A stretch of DNA of 64,000 bases from Paracoccaceae bacterium (GTDB lineage Bacteria; Pseudomonadota; Alphaproteobacteria; Rhodobacterales; Rhodobacteraceae): positions 2,494,255 to 2,558,254 of the forward strand of contig OZ241915.1 in assembly GCA_965203795.1 (NCBI GenBank). The letters are read 5' to 3'. Positions 1-9,138 of the stretch are shown piece after piece. Below the pieces are notes generated by a model that worked only from the letters and a program-made list of their open reading frames with translations, did no database searches and was not told the DNA's origin. The position numbers and the translations under genes are program-made. Each line of letters begins with the position of its first letter. Position 1 is the stretch's first letter.

Positions 1-981
1 CTGATCGACAGCCATGTGCATCCCGTCGTCGGCGATTACACGCCTAGGCAGCAGCAGTTGCACTGGATCGATTCGACGCTCCACGGCGGCGTTACAACGC
101 TGATTTCCGCAGGCGAAGTTCACATGCCGGGCAGACCCAAGGACGTGGTCGGCCTGAAGGCGATGTCGATCGCGGCGCAGCGCTGGTACGAGAACTTCAG
201 GCCGTCAGGCGTCAAGGTTCATGCCGGCGCACCGGTCATCGAGCACGGAATGGAGGAGGAGGATTTCAAGGAGCTCGCCGACGCGGGCGTACGTTTCCTC
301 GGCGAGGTCGGCCTCGGCTCCGTGAAGGACGGTCCTACCGCGAAGCGGATGGTGTCCTGGGCCCGCAAGCACGGAATCCAGAGCACGATACATACCGGCG
401 GGCCTTCGATCCCGGGTTCCGGGCTGATCGACAAGGATGTCGTCCTTGAGGCGGACACCGACGTGATCGGACACGTCAACGGGGGACACTCCGCGCTCCC
501 GGACGATCAGATCGTCTGCCTCTGCGAGCAGTGCCGGCGAAGCCTCGAAATCGTCCACAACGGAAACGAGCGCGCCGCCCTGCTGACCCTGAACACCGCG
601 CGCGAGCTGAAACAGCTCGACAGGATCATTCTTGGAACCGATGGCCCGGCGGGATCAGGCGTCCAGCCGCTCGGTATCCTTCGCATGGTGGCCATGCTGT
701 CCAGCCTCGGGAACGTGCCTGCGGAAGAGGCGTTCTGCTTCGCCACGGGCAACACGGCGCGGCAGCGTAAGCTGGACGCGGGCATTCTGGAGTCGGGTTA
801 CGCGGCCGATTTCGTGCTGATGGACCAAGCCCAGCATTCCCCGGGAAAGACGATGCTGGAATCCGTCGGACAGGGCAATCTTCCGGGGGTGGGAATGACC
901 GTCATCGACGGTGTCGTCAGGACGTTCCGCAGCAGGAACACGCCTCCCGCTCAGCGGCTTCCGGAAGTCGAAAGTTCCTGA
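1..981 (+). CDS. Amidohydrolase family protein, enamidase-like (5-prime partial; runs off the window)
   Basis: The frame is open from nt 1 (LIDSHVHP, the HxH metal motif of amidohydrolases). A GxDGP motif and the C-terminal ADFVLMD pattern fit cyclic amidohydrolases. The neighbouring genes are nicotinate-type. Confidence 0.7.
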   Translation: MIDSHVHPVVGDYTPRQQQLHWIDSTLHGGVTTLISAGEVHMPGRPKDVVGLKAMSIAAQRWYENFRPSGVKVHAGAPVIEHGMEEEDFKELADAGVRFLGEVGLGSVKDGPTAKRMVSWARKHGIQSTIHTGGPSIPGSGLIDKDVVLEADTDVIGHVNGGHSALPDDQIVCLCEQCRRSLEIVHNGNERAALLTLNTARELKQLDRIILGTDGPAGSGVQPLGILRMVAMLSSLGNVPAEEAFCFATGNTARQRKLDAGILESGYAADFVLMDQAQHSPGKTMLESVGQGNLPGVGMTVIDGVVRTFRSRNTPPAQRLPEVESS

Positions 982-1422
982 CGGAACTCCGTTACTGCCG
1001 TCGGCAGTAAGGCGGTTCGCGCATCAGCCAGCACGGGCAAGCCGAAGCGCTTACGTAAAAGGGGCTCTACGGGAAACGCTGGCCAAGCGCACACCGCGGA
1101 AATGCAGATCGAGCCCCGGCCACATAGCAGCCCTAAATCCTGCGACGAGGTCGCCGCCAAGCTGGTTGCGTCCGGCTGAAATCCAGTCGAAAAGCACAAG
1201 CGGTGGGTTCTCTCCCGGACAGGAGCAAAATCACTGGGTTTTTCACTATTATTGAAATCGGCACTATTCAGATTAGAGTGCCGAATAATTCTTTACGCAA
1301 ATCTGGCAATTGCCGCCGGGCCTCCGCCTTGCCGCACGTTCGGTGACTGCGCAGAGAGGCTTAGCCATAACAGCAAACAAAATTGAAGCGATTTCCAATT
1401 CCTCGTACCGTTTACCTATTGA

Positions 1423-2577
1423 TCACAATTTGTCATCCCCGCGAAAGGGGCCTTTCCCAACCGCAGCGATCACTCGGTGCTTAATGCCTTCACGGAACTT
1501 GCCAAGTTCGTCCGGTTGCCAAAGCAGGTGGTTGTACTGCCGAGTGTCAAAATGCAGATGCTCCACATGGTCTTCGCGACAGGTCCAGATTACGGGAATG
1601 CCCAGCCCGTGGGCAAAGCCGGCCTCGAAATATACGCCGCCGCGGGGAATTGCCGTCTTATTATCGTCGGCGAAACCGCAGGTGAAGTCAGCGACGATCA
1701 GTCGGGCCTGCCGGATTTCCGCTTCGATCTCGGCATCAATTCGATTGACATGTTCCTTACGGTCGATCCGGACCGCGTTGTATCCTGCACTGCTTAGGCC
1801 TGGTTTGATAGCTTCACTCCAAGCATTCGCCATCCCATCACCGAACCACATCGCCACGAAGGCTCTGTCGCTGTCCGGCGCAGCATGACGGAGCCGGTCA
1901 AGTCGCATCGCGCCTTGACCCGAAAGCAAATACCACGTTCCGTCCTGATAACCAGTTCCAGGATGTCGCTTGAGAAAGCCCTGCTCCAGCGCCGCGTCGG
2001 CCAACCACCAGAGTTCATCATAATCCCGGCACTCCGTCGCAGCCATGCAACGTTCAGTAAATTCGGCGACCTTTTTGCATTGATTCATTGCCCAGCGCGT
2101 CGGTTGTGAAATTGGTCCGCGCTCTTCCACGCAACGTAGAAGTTCATCAATCCGATCCTGAATTCTCAAACGAGGATGGCGCGCCAATTTCTTGAGATCG
2201 TCGAGGTTGGTGATTAAGGGAAATAGTCCGCTGCGGTTCATCTTGAAGATATTCCGCGATGCGGCTATTCGTAATCGTTGGTCAGCATTTTCCTCGATTA
2301 GGGGAAAATCTTCGTAATTCCAAGGACGCCCAAATAAGCCGCCGCCTCTAGGAGAATACCACCATTCTGGTCGTTCCGGTTCGCGGCGAAAAAGCCACGC
2401 ACCCGTTCTAGCCTCGTCGGTCCAGATCGGGCATGCTTTCTGTTCGCCGTTCTTCTTAATCACATCAACCAGATCCGGTAGGTTCAGGTTCGGTGGGAGC
2501 GAAAGCAATTCAACGTTCATCAATCTTGCCTTGGATTTCCTGCGAATTTGGGCCGCGTAAATGTTATGCACGCTCAA
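1423..2577 (-). CDS. Hypothetical protein: unrecognised N-terminal region plus a C-terminal nucleoside 2-deoxyribosyltransferase/TIR-like Rossmann domain
   Basis: 384-aa ORF (TTG at 2577, alternative ATG at codon 20) in a visibly AT-richer patch, with AAGGAGG upstream. The C-terminal motif chain is FVAMWFGD, IDAEIEAEIRQARLIVADFT, GVYFEAGFAHGLGIPVIW, HFD. Confidence 0.6.
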   Translation of the reverse strand: MSVHNIYAAQIRRKSKARLMNVELLSLPPNLNLPDLVDVIKKNGEQKACPIWTDEARTGAWLFRREPERPEWWYSPRGGGLFGRPWNYEDFPLIEENADQRLRIAASRNIFKMNRSGLFPLITNLDDLKKLARHPRLRIQDRIDELLRCVEERGPISQPTRWAMNQCKKVAEFTERCMAATECRDYDELWWLADAALEQGFLKRHPGTGYQDGTWYLLSGQGAMRLDRLRHAAPDSDRAFVAMWFGDGMANAWSEAIKPGLSSAGYNAVRIDRKEHVNRIDAEIEAEIRQARLIVADFTCGFADDNKTAIPRGGVYFEAGFAHGLGIPVIWTCREDHVEHLHFDTRQYNHLLWQPDELGKFREGIKHRVIAAVGKGPFRGDDKL

Positions 2578-2885
2578 TTGTCAATAAGCCTCCTTTCGTG
2601 GCCCATTATTTGCATCCTTTTTTGCTCCTTTTCCAGAAGGGAACTCCTGCGGGCGGTTTCGCGTCGCAGCCCGATGCGGAGGAAGCGAGGCTGAGGGCTT
2701 GATCAGATTTGTGATTTCGACGCGGCGATGGGTAGTAGGCTTCTGGTGTCCGCCTTCCGAACTGGGTTCGCATCTCGAGCACGGCCGGAACCTCCAGCGT
2801 TCTATTTCGATCTCGATGATCTCGCGGCGGTGGCTAAGTGGTCTCTCTAAAGATTCAACGAATTGGACGTTATTTCTTTCGGACC

Positions 2886-3470
2886 CTACCTCAGGCCGTC
2901 TTCGCCCATGGCATCCTCTGCCCTCAAGCCCCCGACGCGCGGAAGCGGGCGGCCGCTATCCGTGACCGCAACCGCGACCATGATCTCCCCGGCCCTAGGC
3001 GCGTCGTTGATTCTGATCTCCATCCCGTCGAAATGCGACCTGACGTACGCGGCGTCCTTGTGCCCGAGCGGAATGTCGAGCGGCGCGCCCGGACCGCCCA
3101 TCTTCTTGGACGAAGGAACCAGAGCCGCCCCCTTTTCGACGGCCTTGCGCAGCGGCGCGCCCAGTTTCGGGTGCAGGATCGCCGCCGCGTGCTCCAGCTC
3201 GCCGCTTTCGCCCACCATCGCCGCCTTGCCGTAGCTTTCGGCCTGCCGCGGCTCGATTCCCAGCGCGGCGACGCATTTTGCGCCCAAGAGGCCGCCTAGC
3301 TCCGCGCCGATCTCCATGAGAGAATCCAGATCTTCAGCGAAGGATCCAGCGAACGGGTTCGCGATTACGGCGACGGCGGCGGCCTTCCGCGTCGGCGGTT
3401 CGATCCGCTGGTCGGCCTCCCTGCGGGTCTCTTCGACAAAGACCGCGATTTTCCGGATGCTCGCGTTCAT
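2886..3470 (-). CDS. Amino acid synthesis family protein (DUF1185)
   Basis: Starts MNASIRKIAVFVEE and contains AVIANPFAG. It is a paralogue of the upstream gene, and its ATG overlaps the upstream stop (ATGA). Confidence 0.75.
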   Translation of the reverse strand: MNASIRKIAVFVEETRREADQRIEPPTRKAAAVAVIANPFAGSFAEDLDSLMEIGAELGGLLGAKCVAALGIEPRQAESYGKAAMVGESGELEHAAAILHPKLGAPLRKAVEKGAALVPSSKKMGGPGAPLDIPLGHKDAAYVRSHFDGMEIRINDAPRAGEIMVAVAVTDSGRPLPRVGGLRAEDAMGEDGLR

Positions 3471-4051
3471 CTCAGGCCATCCTCCCCCTTCGCGTCTTCG
3501 GCCGCGAGCCCAAGCGACCGGTTGTGGATTCTCGGACCGGTCGACATCACGAGGGCCAAGCAGATCTCGTCCGATTTCGGGGCACCGCACAGCCCCACTT
3601 CCATCGCATCGAAGTGGCTGCGCACATAGGACGCGTTGATATGCGTGATCGGCACGTCGAGCCGGGCCCCGATACCGCCGACCTTCTTCGTCGACGGCAC
3701 GATCGCCTTGGCACCGCCCAAGAACTCCCGCATCGCGTACCCGCCCGGCGCGTGCCACAGCGCGCCGTGCTCCAGCTCGCCGCCGACGCCGATGATCGCG
3801 CCCTTGCCGTATCCCTCGACGACGGCCGGGCTGCCTCCGAGGATGTCCACCAGGCGCTCCGCCATTTCCAGCCCGAGCGGCTTCAGTATGTCCATGAACG
3901 GGGCGATTTCGGGAACATAGCGGCCAGCAAACGGGTTCTCGATGACGGCAAGCGCCGCGGCGCGCTTCAGCGGCTCGGAGGCCGCCGGGCCGCCTTCGTG
4001 GAATATCTCCTCGGCAATTGTTGCCATCCTGCGGACTTCGGGTTCACGCAT
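3467..4051 (-). CDS. Amino acid synthesis family protein (DUF1185)
   Basis: 194 aa containing AVIENPFAGRY. It aligns colinearly with the 2886-3470 product. Confidence 0.75.
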   Translation of the reverse strand: MREPEVRRMATIAEEIFHEGGPAASEPLKRAAALAVIENPFAGRYVPEIAPFMDILKPLGLEMAERLVDILGGSPAVVEGYGKGAIIGVGGELEHGALWHAPGGYAMREFLGGAKAIVPSTKKVGGIGARLDVPITHINASYVRSHFDAMEVGLCGAPKSDEICLALVMSTGPRIHNRSLGLAAEDAKGEDGLR

Positions 4052-4925
4052 GATCCAGCTGCCGGATATCGATTCCCGCTGCCCCCGAAAGGGCGCCGAG
4101 CGTCCGGGATTCGCCTCTCAGGAACAACGCCGCGGAGCTTATCAAACCGATGCCGATCATTCCATTCGCCGCCAAGGCACCGCGATCCAGAGCCAGAGCG
4201 ACCTCGTCCTTCGAAAGCTCGCCGCAGCCGGTCGCCACGTCCATGCCGACCAGGTCCGTTTCCGGATCGATCTCATCCGCCGGTCGGCGGCTTATCGACC
4301 GATGACCCGGAATGTCGACCGCATTAGCAACCATCGTGGCGGCGGCGTCGGCCACAGCCGCGCTGGCGGCGAAGACCGTGGCGGCGTCCGCGATTCCCGC
4401 CGAAAGGCTGCGGCCTCCCATGCCGCTCGTGGCCATTCCGCCGACGCCGATTCCACCTTGGATCACGACCCGGGCCAACTCTTTGCCGCTTGGCGCGCTG
4501 ATCGCCGCCTCGTAGCTCCGTCCTTCGCGCAGGAACATCGAAATGTCTCCGCCGTTGTTGACGTAGGCCCGCGTGATGTCGGCCGCGCGAAGCATCGCCT
4601 CCATTACGGTGTCTGCGACCGCGCCCGCCACGGCCGCCATCGGCGTGATGAATTGGCCCGCCGCGTGCGGTTTGGCGGCCGCCCACATCCGCTGTGCAAC
4701 GGCGCCTTCCGGAGCATGCCCGCCGTCCCGGATCGGCTTCCGCAGCAGATGGAGCTCGGCGACGATTTCCTCAAGCAGCCCGTCGAACCTGGCCGCGGCC
4801 GCGCGGAATGCTTGCTCTCTGCCGCGTGCGGGCTCGGTGTCGGCAAAAATCACGAGATCGATCGGACCGTGATGCAGATGCAGGCGCTTTCCGTCCGGCA
4901 AAAGCGCGGCCGAGAACTCCTTCAA
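4044..4925 (-). CDS. UPF0280 family protein (ApbE-like fold)
   Basis: 293 aa with an N-terminal LHLHHGPIDLVI motif. The TTG start overlaps the upstream stop (TTGA). Confidence 0.65.
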   Translation of the reverse strand: MKEFSAALLPDGKRLHLHHGPIDLVIFADTEPARGREQAFRAAAARFDGLLEEIVAELHLLRKPIRDGGHAPEGAVAQRMWAAAKPHAAGQFITPMAAVAGAVADTVMEAMLRAADITRAYVNNGGDISMFLREGRSYEAAISAPSGKELARVVIQGGIGVGGMATSGMGGRSLSAGIADAATVFAASAAVADAAATMVANAVDIPGHRSISRRPADEIDPETDLVGMDVATGCGELSKDEVALALDRGALAANGMIGIGLISSAALFLRGESRTLGALSGAAGIDIRQLDHA

Positions 4926-6391
4926 GCTTGGCCGTTCCGCCGGTTCCGGCGTCCCGCGCTGGTTTCCACTTTCCTGATTTCCGGCGTCATCACGCTCTCG
5001 ACAGGCCTAATGTGCTCGAGATGGCCGCCGAGCCGCTCGTAGTTTTCCATCGGAAGCGTGAACTCGATCGGCGCGACGAGCGCCGGCGTCGGAACGTAGC
5101 CGAACGCTTCCTCCGGCGTGTCCATGACATCCGCCATGAACGTGATTCCGCCGCCCGGCCAGATGTAGACGGGCGCTCCGCCGCAGGTAACGCGCGTCAG
5201 CGACTCGCGCACCGACATCGTCAGCCGGACCGGATTCTCGGTAACGCCCGCTCTGAGCGACCCGCCGGCGCCGCCCATGAACAGAACCGAGCACATCGCC
5301 GGTTCGCAGTTTTCCGCAACGCGTTCCACCGAGTCCCGCAGCGAGTCCGTGATTTCCGCTTCCCTCGGCGCCAAGTCGCCGTCCAGCTCGTAATAGGCCC
5401 ACTGCTCGCCGGTCGTCGAAACCATCAGCAGCCGGAGGCCCGGCCACGCAACCTTCGGATCAATGCGTTTGATGATCTCGATCGGGTTGTCGATGTTCGT
5501 GCCGCCCCAGCCTGTGCCCGGGTCGGCGACTTGGAAATACCGGCCGGGGGTCGACCGCCGCCCGGCGACCCTGATTCCGGCAGGAGGCAGATCAAGCTGA
5601 CGACCGGCCTCATGCTCTGTCAGAACGCCGGTTATGTGGTCGTCGACCACAACGACCTCGTCCGCGTGCGTTGCCCACTGCTTTGCGAACATGCCTATCG
5701 CCGCCGAGCCGCAGCCGACTCGCATGAGGGTTTCGGAAACGCCGTCGATCACAGGCGACTTGCCGGCCTGGACCACCAGATCCGCGCCTCCGTCGACCGA
5801 CATCTCCACCGCGCCGCGGTTGCAAAGGCGCAGCAAGCTGTCGCAGGTGACCCTGCCCTCCTTCTTCGAACCGCCCGTCAGGTGCTCGACACCGCCGAGC
5901 GACAGCATCTTCGAACCGTACTCGCTCGTCGTGACGTGCCCGATCGGCTCGCCTTCAACCCGCACCGCCTCCCGCTCCTCGCCGATGTGGCGGTCCGTGT
6001 CGATCTTCACCTTCACGCCGCAGTAGCTGAATATCCCTTCCGTCACGACGGTGACCATGTCCGCGCCGTCGACCTCCTGGCTGACGATGAACGGGGCGGG
6101 CTTGTAGTCCGGATAGGTCGTGCCTGCGCCGACCGCCGTCAGGAACGGGCGGCTTCCCTGCAGCACATCGCCGTCCCAGTCGCCGCCCGGATCGTTGAGC
6201 AGGAACGGAACCGCCTTTCCGCCCCTTTCCTCCGAGGACTCGATGACCGTTAGCGGGTCGAGGCGGACAAGCGTGCCGTCGCGGTTGGCATAGCGATCGC
6301 ATGCGCCCGAAAACCCGTCCGCGATGTAGCACATGACCGGGCACGCATCGCAGCGGATCTTGTCCGGCTTGCCGCGGCGGGGATTATCCAC
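4922..6391 (-). CDS. 6-hydroxynicotinate reductase-like protein
   Basis: 489 aa. The N-terminal Cys cluster KIRCDACPVMCYIADGFSGACDRYAN is typical of proteins annotated this way. GTG start overlaps the upstream gene. Confidence 0.65.
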   Translation of the reverse strand: MDNPRRGKPDKIRCDACPVMCYIADGFSGACDRYANRDGTLVRLDPLTVIESSEERGGKAVPFLLNDPGGDWDGDVLQGSRPFLTAVGAGTTYPDYKPAPFIVSQEVDGADMVTVVTEGIFSYCGVKVKIDTDRHIGEEREAVRVEGEPIGHVTTSEYGSKMLSLGGVEHLTGGSKKEGRVTCDSLLRLCNRGAVEMSVDGGADLVVQAGKSPVIDGVSETLMRVGCGSAAIGMFAKQWATHADEVVVVDDHITGVLTEHEAGRQLDLPPAGIRVAGRRSTPGRYFQVADPGTGWGGTNIDNPIEIIKRIDPKVAWPGLRLLMVSTTGEQWAYYELDGDLAPREAEITDSLRDSVERVAENCEPAMCSVLFMGGAGGSLRAGVTENPVRLTMSVRESLTRVTCGGAPVYIWPGGGITFMADVMDTPEEAFGYVPTPALVAPIEFTLPMENYERLGGHLEHIRPVESVMTPEIRKVETSAGRRNRRNGQA

Positions 6392-9122
6392 GCCCGGACG
6401 CCTTGATTGCCGCGCGAAGCCGCGACGGCGTGGCGGGAACGCGCGTCATCCTGACGCCGCATGCGTGCCGGATTCCGTTGAGCAAGGCCGGAGCGGTCGG
6501 GATCAAGGCATGCTCGCCCAGCCCTTTTGCGCCGAACGGCCCGTGGGCGTCCGGCTCTTCAATGATGATCGTTTCGATAGGCGGGATGTCGCCGATCGTG
6601 GGGATCAGGTAGTCATGCAGGTTTTCCGTCCTGCCGGGAACGTACTCCTCCATCAGGGCCATTCCGAGGCCTTGGGCGATTCCGCCCTGCACCTGGCCTT
6701 CGATCAGCAGCGGATTGATCGCCCTGCCGACATCGTGCGCCGCGACGAACCCCGTGGCGATGGTGGTGCCGAGCGCGATGTCGACTTCGACTGTCGCGAG
6801 CTGGGCGGCATAGCCGTACTGCGCATAGGGCGCGCCCTGCCCTTCCTCGTCCAGCGGCGTGGTCGGCGGATTGTAGGTTTCCTCGGCCCGCAGAACGTAC
6901 CCTTCCGGATCCGGGTCGAGCCGGTCCAGGTTCACCGTGTGGCTCAGGCCCCCGTCCGCCACCTCTATTGCCCCGCGCCCGAATCGAAGTTCGGCGTCCT
7001 TTGAAGCGTTGCAAAGCTTCAGTACCGACGCGCGCAGCGCCTCCCCGGTAAGGAGAGCCGCATTCCCGGTCACGAAGGTCTGCCTCGACGCCGATGTCTT
7101 GCCTGCGTCCGGCGTCAAATCCGTGTCCGCGCCGACGATCCGGAGGATGTCGACGGAAACGCCGAGCGTTTCGGCGAATATCTGCGGAATCACAGTGTTC
7201 GCGCCTTGCCCGATGTCCACCGCGCCTTGGTGAAGCACGACCGTGCCATCGGCGAGTATCCCGGCCTTGATTGTCGAAGGATTCGGCAGCGCGGTGTTCC
7301 CGCAACCGTACCAGCCGGCCGCGATTCCGGCTCCCTTCCGGAGCGGGCTTCCGCGCAATTCCGCGCGGCGGTTGAACGCCTCGGCTTCGCTTCGCGCCGG
7401 CTTCCAGTGCCCGCGCAACGCGGCCAGGCATTTGCGGATCCCCACGCCTTTCGGGAAGGTCTGTCCGCATACGGTCGGAACGCCGTTTTCCAAGGCGTTG
7501 ATCATCCGGAATTCGAGCGGATCGATGCCGACCGCGGCGGCGAGATCGTCGAAGAGCGATTCCTGCGCGATCGCCGACTGCGGCACGCCGAACCCCCTGA
7601 AGGCACCCGACGGCGGGCAGTTGGTATGGATCCCCGAAGCTACGGCAAGGTAGTCCTGCACCTTGTACGGACCCGACGCATGGACCGGAACGCGGTTGAC
7701 GACCGTCGGGCCCCAAGAGGCGTAGGCGCCGGTGTTGAACCGCCCCTCGAAATGCAATCCCGATACCAAACCATCCTTGTCCGCGCCGATCTTCATCCTG
7801 ATCTCCGCAGGATGGCGTTTGGTCGTCGACTGCATCGACTCGCGCCTCGAATAAGCGATCCGGACCCCGCGACCGGTCTTGAGGGCCGCCAGCGCAAGGT
7901 GGGGCTGGACTGAAATGTCGAGCTTCGAGCCGAACCCGCCGCCCACTCCGGTCGGAACGATCCTGACGTCCCGCCGATCCATGCCGAGAATGTCGGCGAC
8001 CGCTTCAAGATCCATGACGGGCGTCTGCGTGCCGACATGCATCTCAAGCCGCCCGTTCGCCTTCGACGCGCAGCCGGCTTCGGGCTCGATGTACGCATGC
8101 TCCACGAACGAGGTCGAAAACTCGCCTTGGACCGTCCGGTAGGCCCGCGCGAGGCCGGCTTTCGCGTCTCCGGCGCGAACGAAGCCGCTGCACATCGTGT
8201 TCGAGTCGCGCCCTTCATGCAGCTGCGGGGCATCGGCGGCCGTCGCCTCCGCGATCGTGGCGACAGCGGGCAGGGGGTCCCAAAGAACCGGGAATTCTTC
8301 GTCCGCGAACGATTCCATCGCCGATGCGGTGCCGACGACCGCCGCGACGGCCTCCCCGCGGAAGCGCGTTTCGGCCTCCGCGTAGACCGGCTGGTCCTCG
8401 TACCCCGGTATGACCCCGAATTTGTTGGCGCCCTTTATGTCGCTCGCCGTCAGCACGGCTTCGACCCCGGAGCGCGATGCAACGAATTCGTCGAGGTCGC
8501 CGAACTCGAAGCGCGCCCGCGCGTGCGGGGACCTGATGATCCGGACCCGCAGCGAGTCGGCCGAACCGACATCGTCGGAAAACATTTCCGTCCCTTCGAC
8601 CTTGCCGCGTCCGTCAAGGCGCCGGACCGGGCTGCCGACACCGCCGAATTCGTTCGGAGGCGACCGCTCTTCGCGCGAAGCGCGAATCACCGCCTCAATG
8701 ATCTTTCGGTACCCGGTGCACCGGCAGAGAACGCCGCCGAGCGCGTCGGCGACTTGCGATTGGTCGGGTTCGAAAACGCGCCTGAGCAGCGCAACGGCGG
8801 AGACGATCATTCCCGGCGTGCAAATTCCGCATTGGGCGGCACCCAAGTCCTGAAAGGATTCCGCTAGCGCCTTGGCCTGCGCATCCGACGCGGCAAGTCC
8901 GGCCAGTGTTTCCACATTGCGCCCGCGCGCCTGCTGCGCTTGCATCAAACAGGAGCAGACGGCGGCTCCGTCGACAAGCACGGTGCAGGCCCCGCAATCG
9001 CCTGCATCGCACCCGACCTTGACATCGCGCGTTCCGAGCCTCTCGCGAAGCGCTTCCGACAAGCGCTCCCCGATCTCCGGGGCGATTTCGACGGCACGCC
9101 CGTTCAGGTCGAACCCGATCAT
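6384..9122 (-). CDS. Molybdopterin-dependent hydroxylase with fused N-terminal [2Fe-2S] domains (xanthine/nicotinate dehydrogenase family)
   Basis: Contains CDAGDCGACTV and CGICTPGM...CRCTGY ferredoxin motifs, followed by a large MoCo-binding body. The start is ATG 9122 (AGGA upstream) or GTG 9146. Confidence 0.85.
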   Translation of the reverse strand: MIGFDLNGRAVEIAPEIGERLSEALRERLGTRDVKVGCDAGDCGACTVLVDGAAVCSCLMQAQQARGRNVETLAGLAASDAQAKALAESFQDLGAAQCGICTPGMIVSAVALLRRVFEPDQSQVADALGGVLCRCTGYRKIIEAVIRASREERSPPNEFGGVGSPVRRLDGRGKVEGTEMFSDDVGSADSLRVRIIRSPHARARFEFGDLDEFVASRSGVEAVLTASDIKGANKFGVIPGYEDQPVYAEAETRFRGEAVAAVVGTASAMESFADEEFPVLWDPLPAVATIAEATAADAPQLHEGRDSNTMCSGFVRAGDAKAGLARAYRTVQGEFSTSFVEHAYIEPEAGCASKANGRLEMHVGTQTPVMDLEAVADILGMDRRDVRIVPTGVGGGFGSKLDISVQPHLALAALKTGRGVRIAYSRRESMQSTTKRHPAEIRMKIGADKDGLVSGLHFEGRFNTGAYASWGPTVVNRVPVHASGPYKVQDYLAVASGIHTNCPPSGAFRGFGVPQSAIAQESLFDDLAAAVGIDPLEFRMINALENGVPTVCGQTFPKGVGIRKCLAALRGHWKPARSEAEAFNRRAELRGSPLRKGAGIAAGWYGCGNTALPNPSTIKAGILADGTVVLHQGAVDIGQGANTVIPQIFAETLGVSVDILRIVGADTDLTPDAGKTSASRQTFVTGNAALLTGEALRASVLKLCNASKDAELRFGRGAIEVADGGLSHTVNLDRLDPDPEGYVLRAEETYNPPTTPLDEEGQGAPYAQYGYAAQLATVEVDIALGTTIATGFVAAHDVGRAINPLLIEGQVQGGIAQGLGMALMEEYVPGRTENLHDYLIPTIGDIPPIETIIIEEPDAHGPFGAKGLGEHALIPTAPALLNGIRHACGVRMTRVPATPSRLRAAIKASGRG

Positions 9123-9138
9123 CCCTGCGTCCTGCGGC

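Noticed and set aside
992-1010. Hairpin TTACTGCCG-t-CGGCAGTAA just after the amidohydrolase stop, and hairpin CGGCACT...AGTGCCG at about 1259-1285
   Set aside because: These are plausible terminators for the convergent genes, but the stems are short and lack a clear U-tract, so they are left uncalled.
2578-2843. An ~86-codon open stretch in the same frame as, and directly upstream of, the 384-aa islet gene, ending at a TGA two codons before its TTG start
   Set aside because: It has no start codon, its translation does not look like a protein, and the SD for the downstream gene lies inside it. It could be a relic of a longer ancestral gene, but this cannot be supported from sequence alone.
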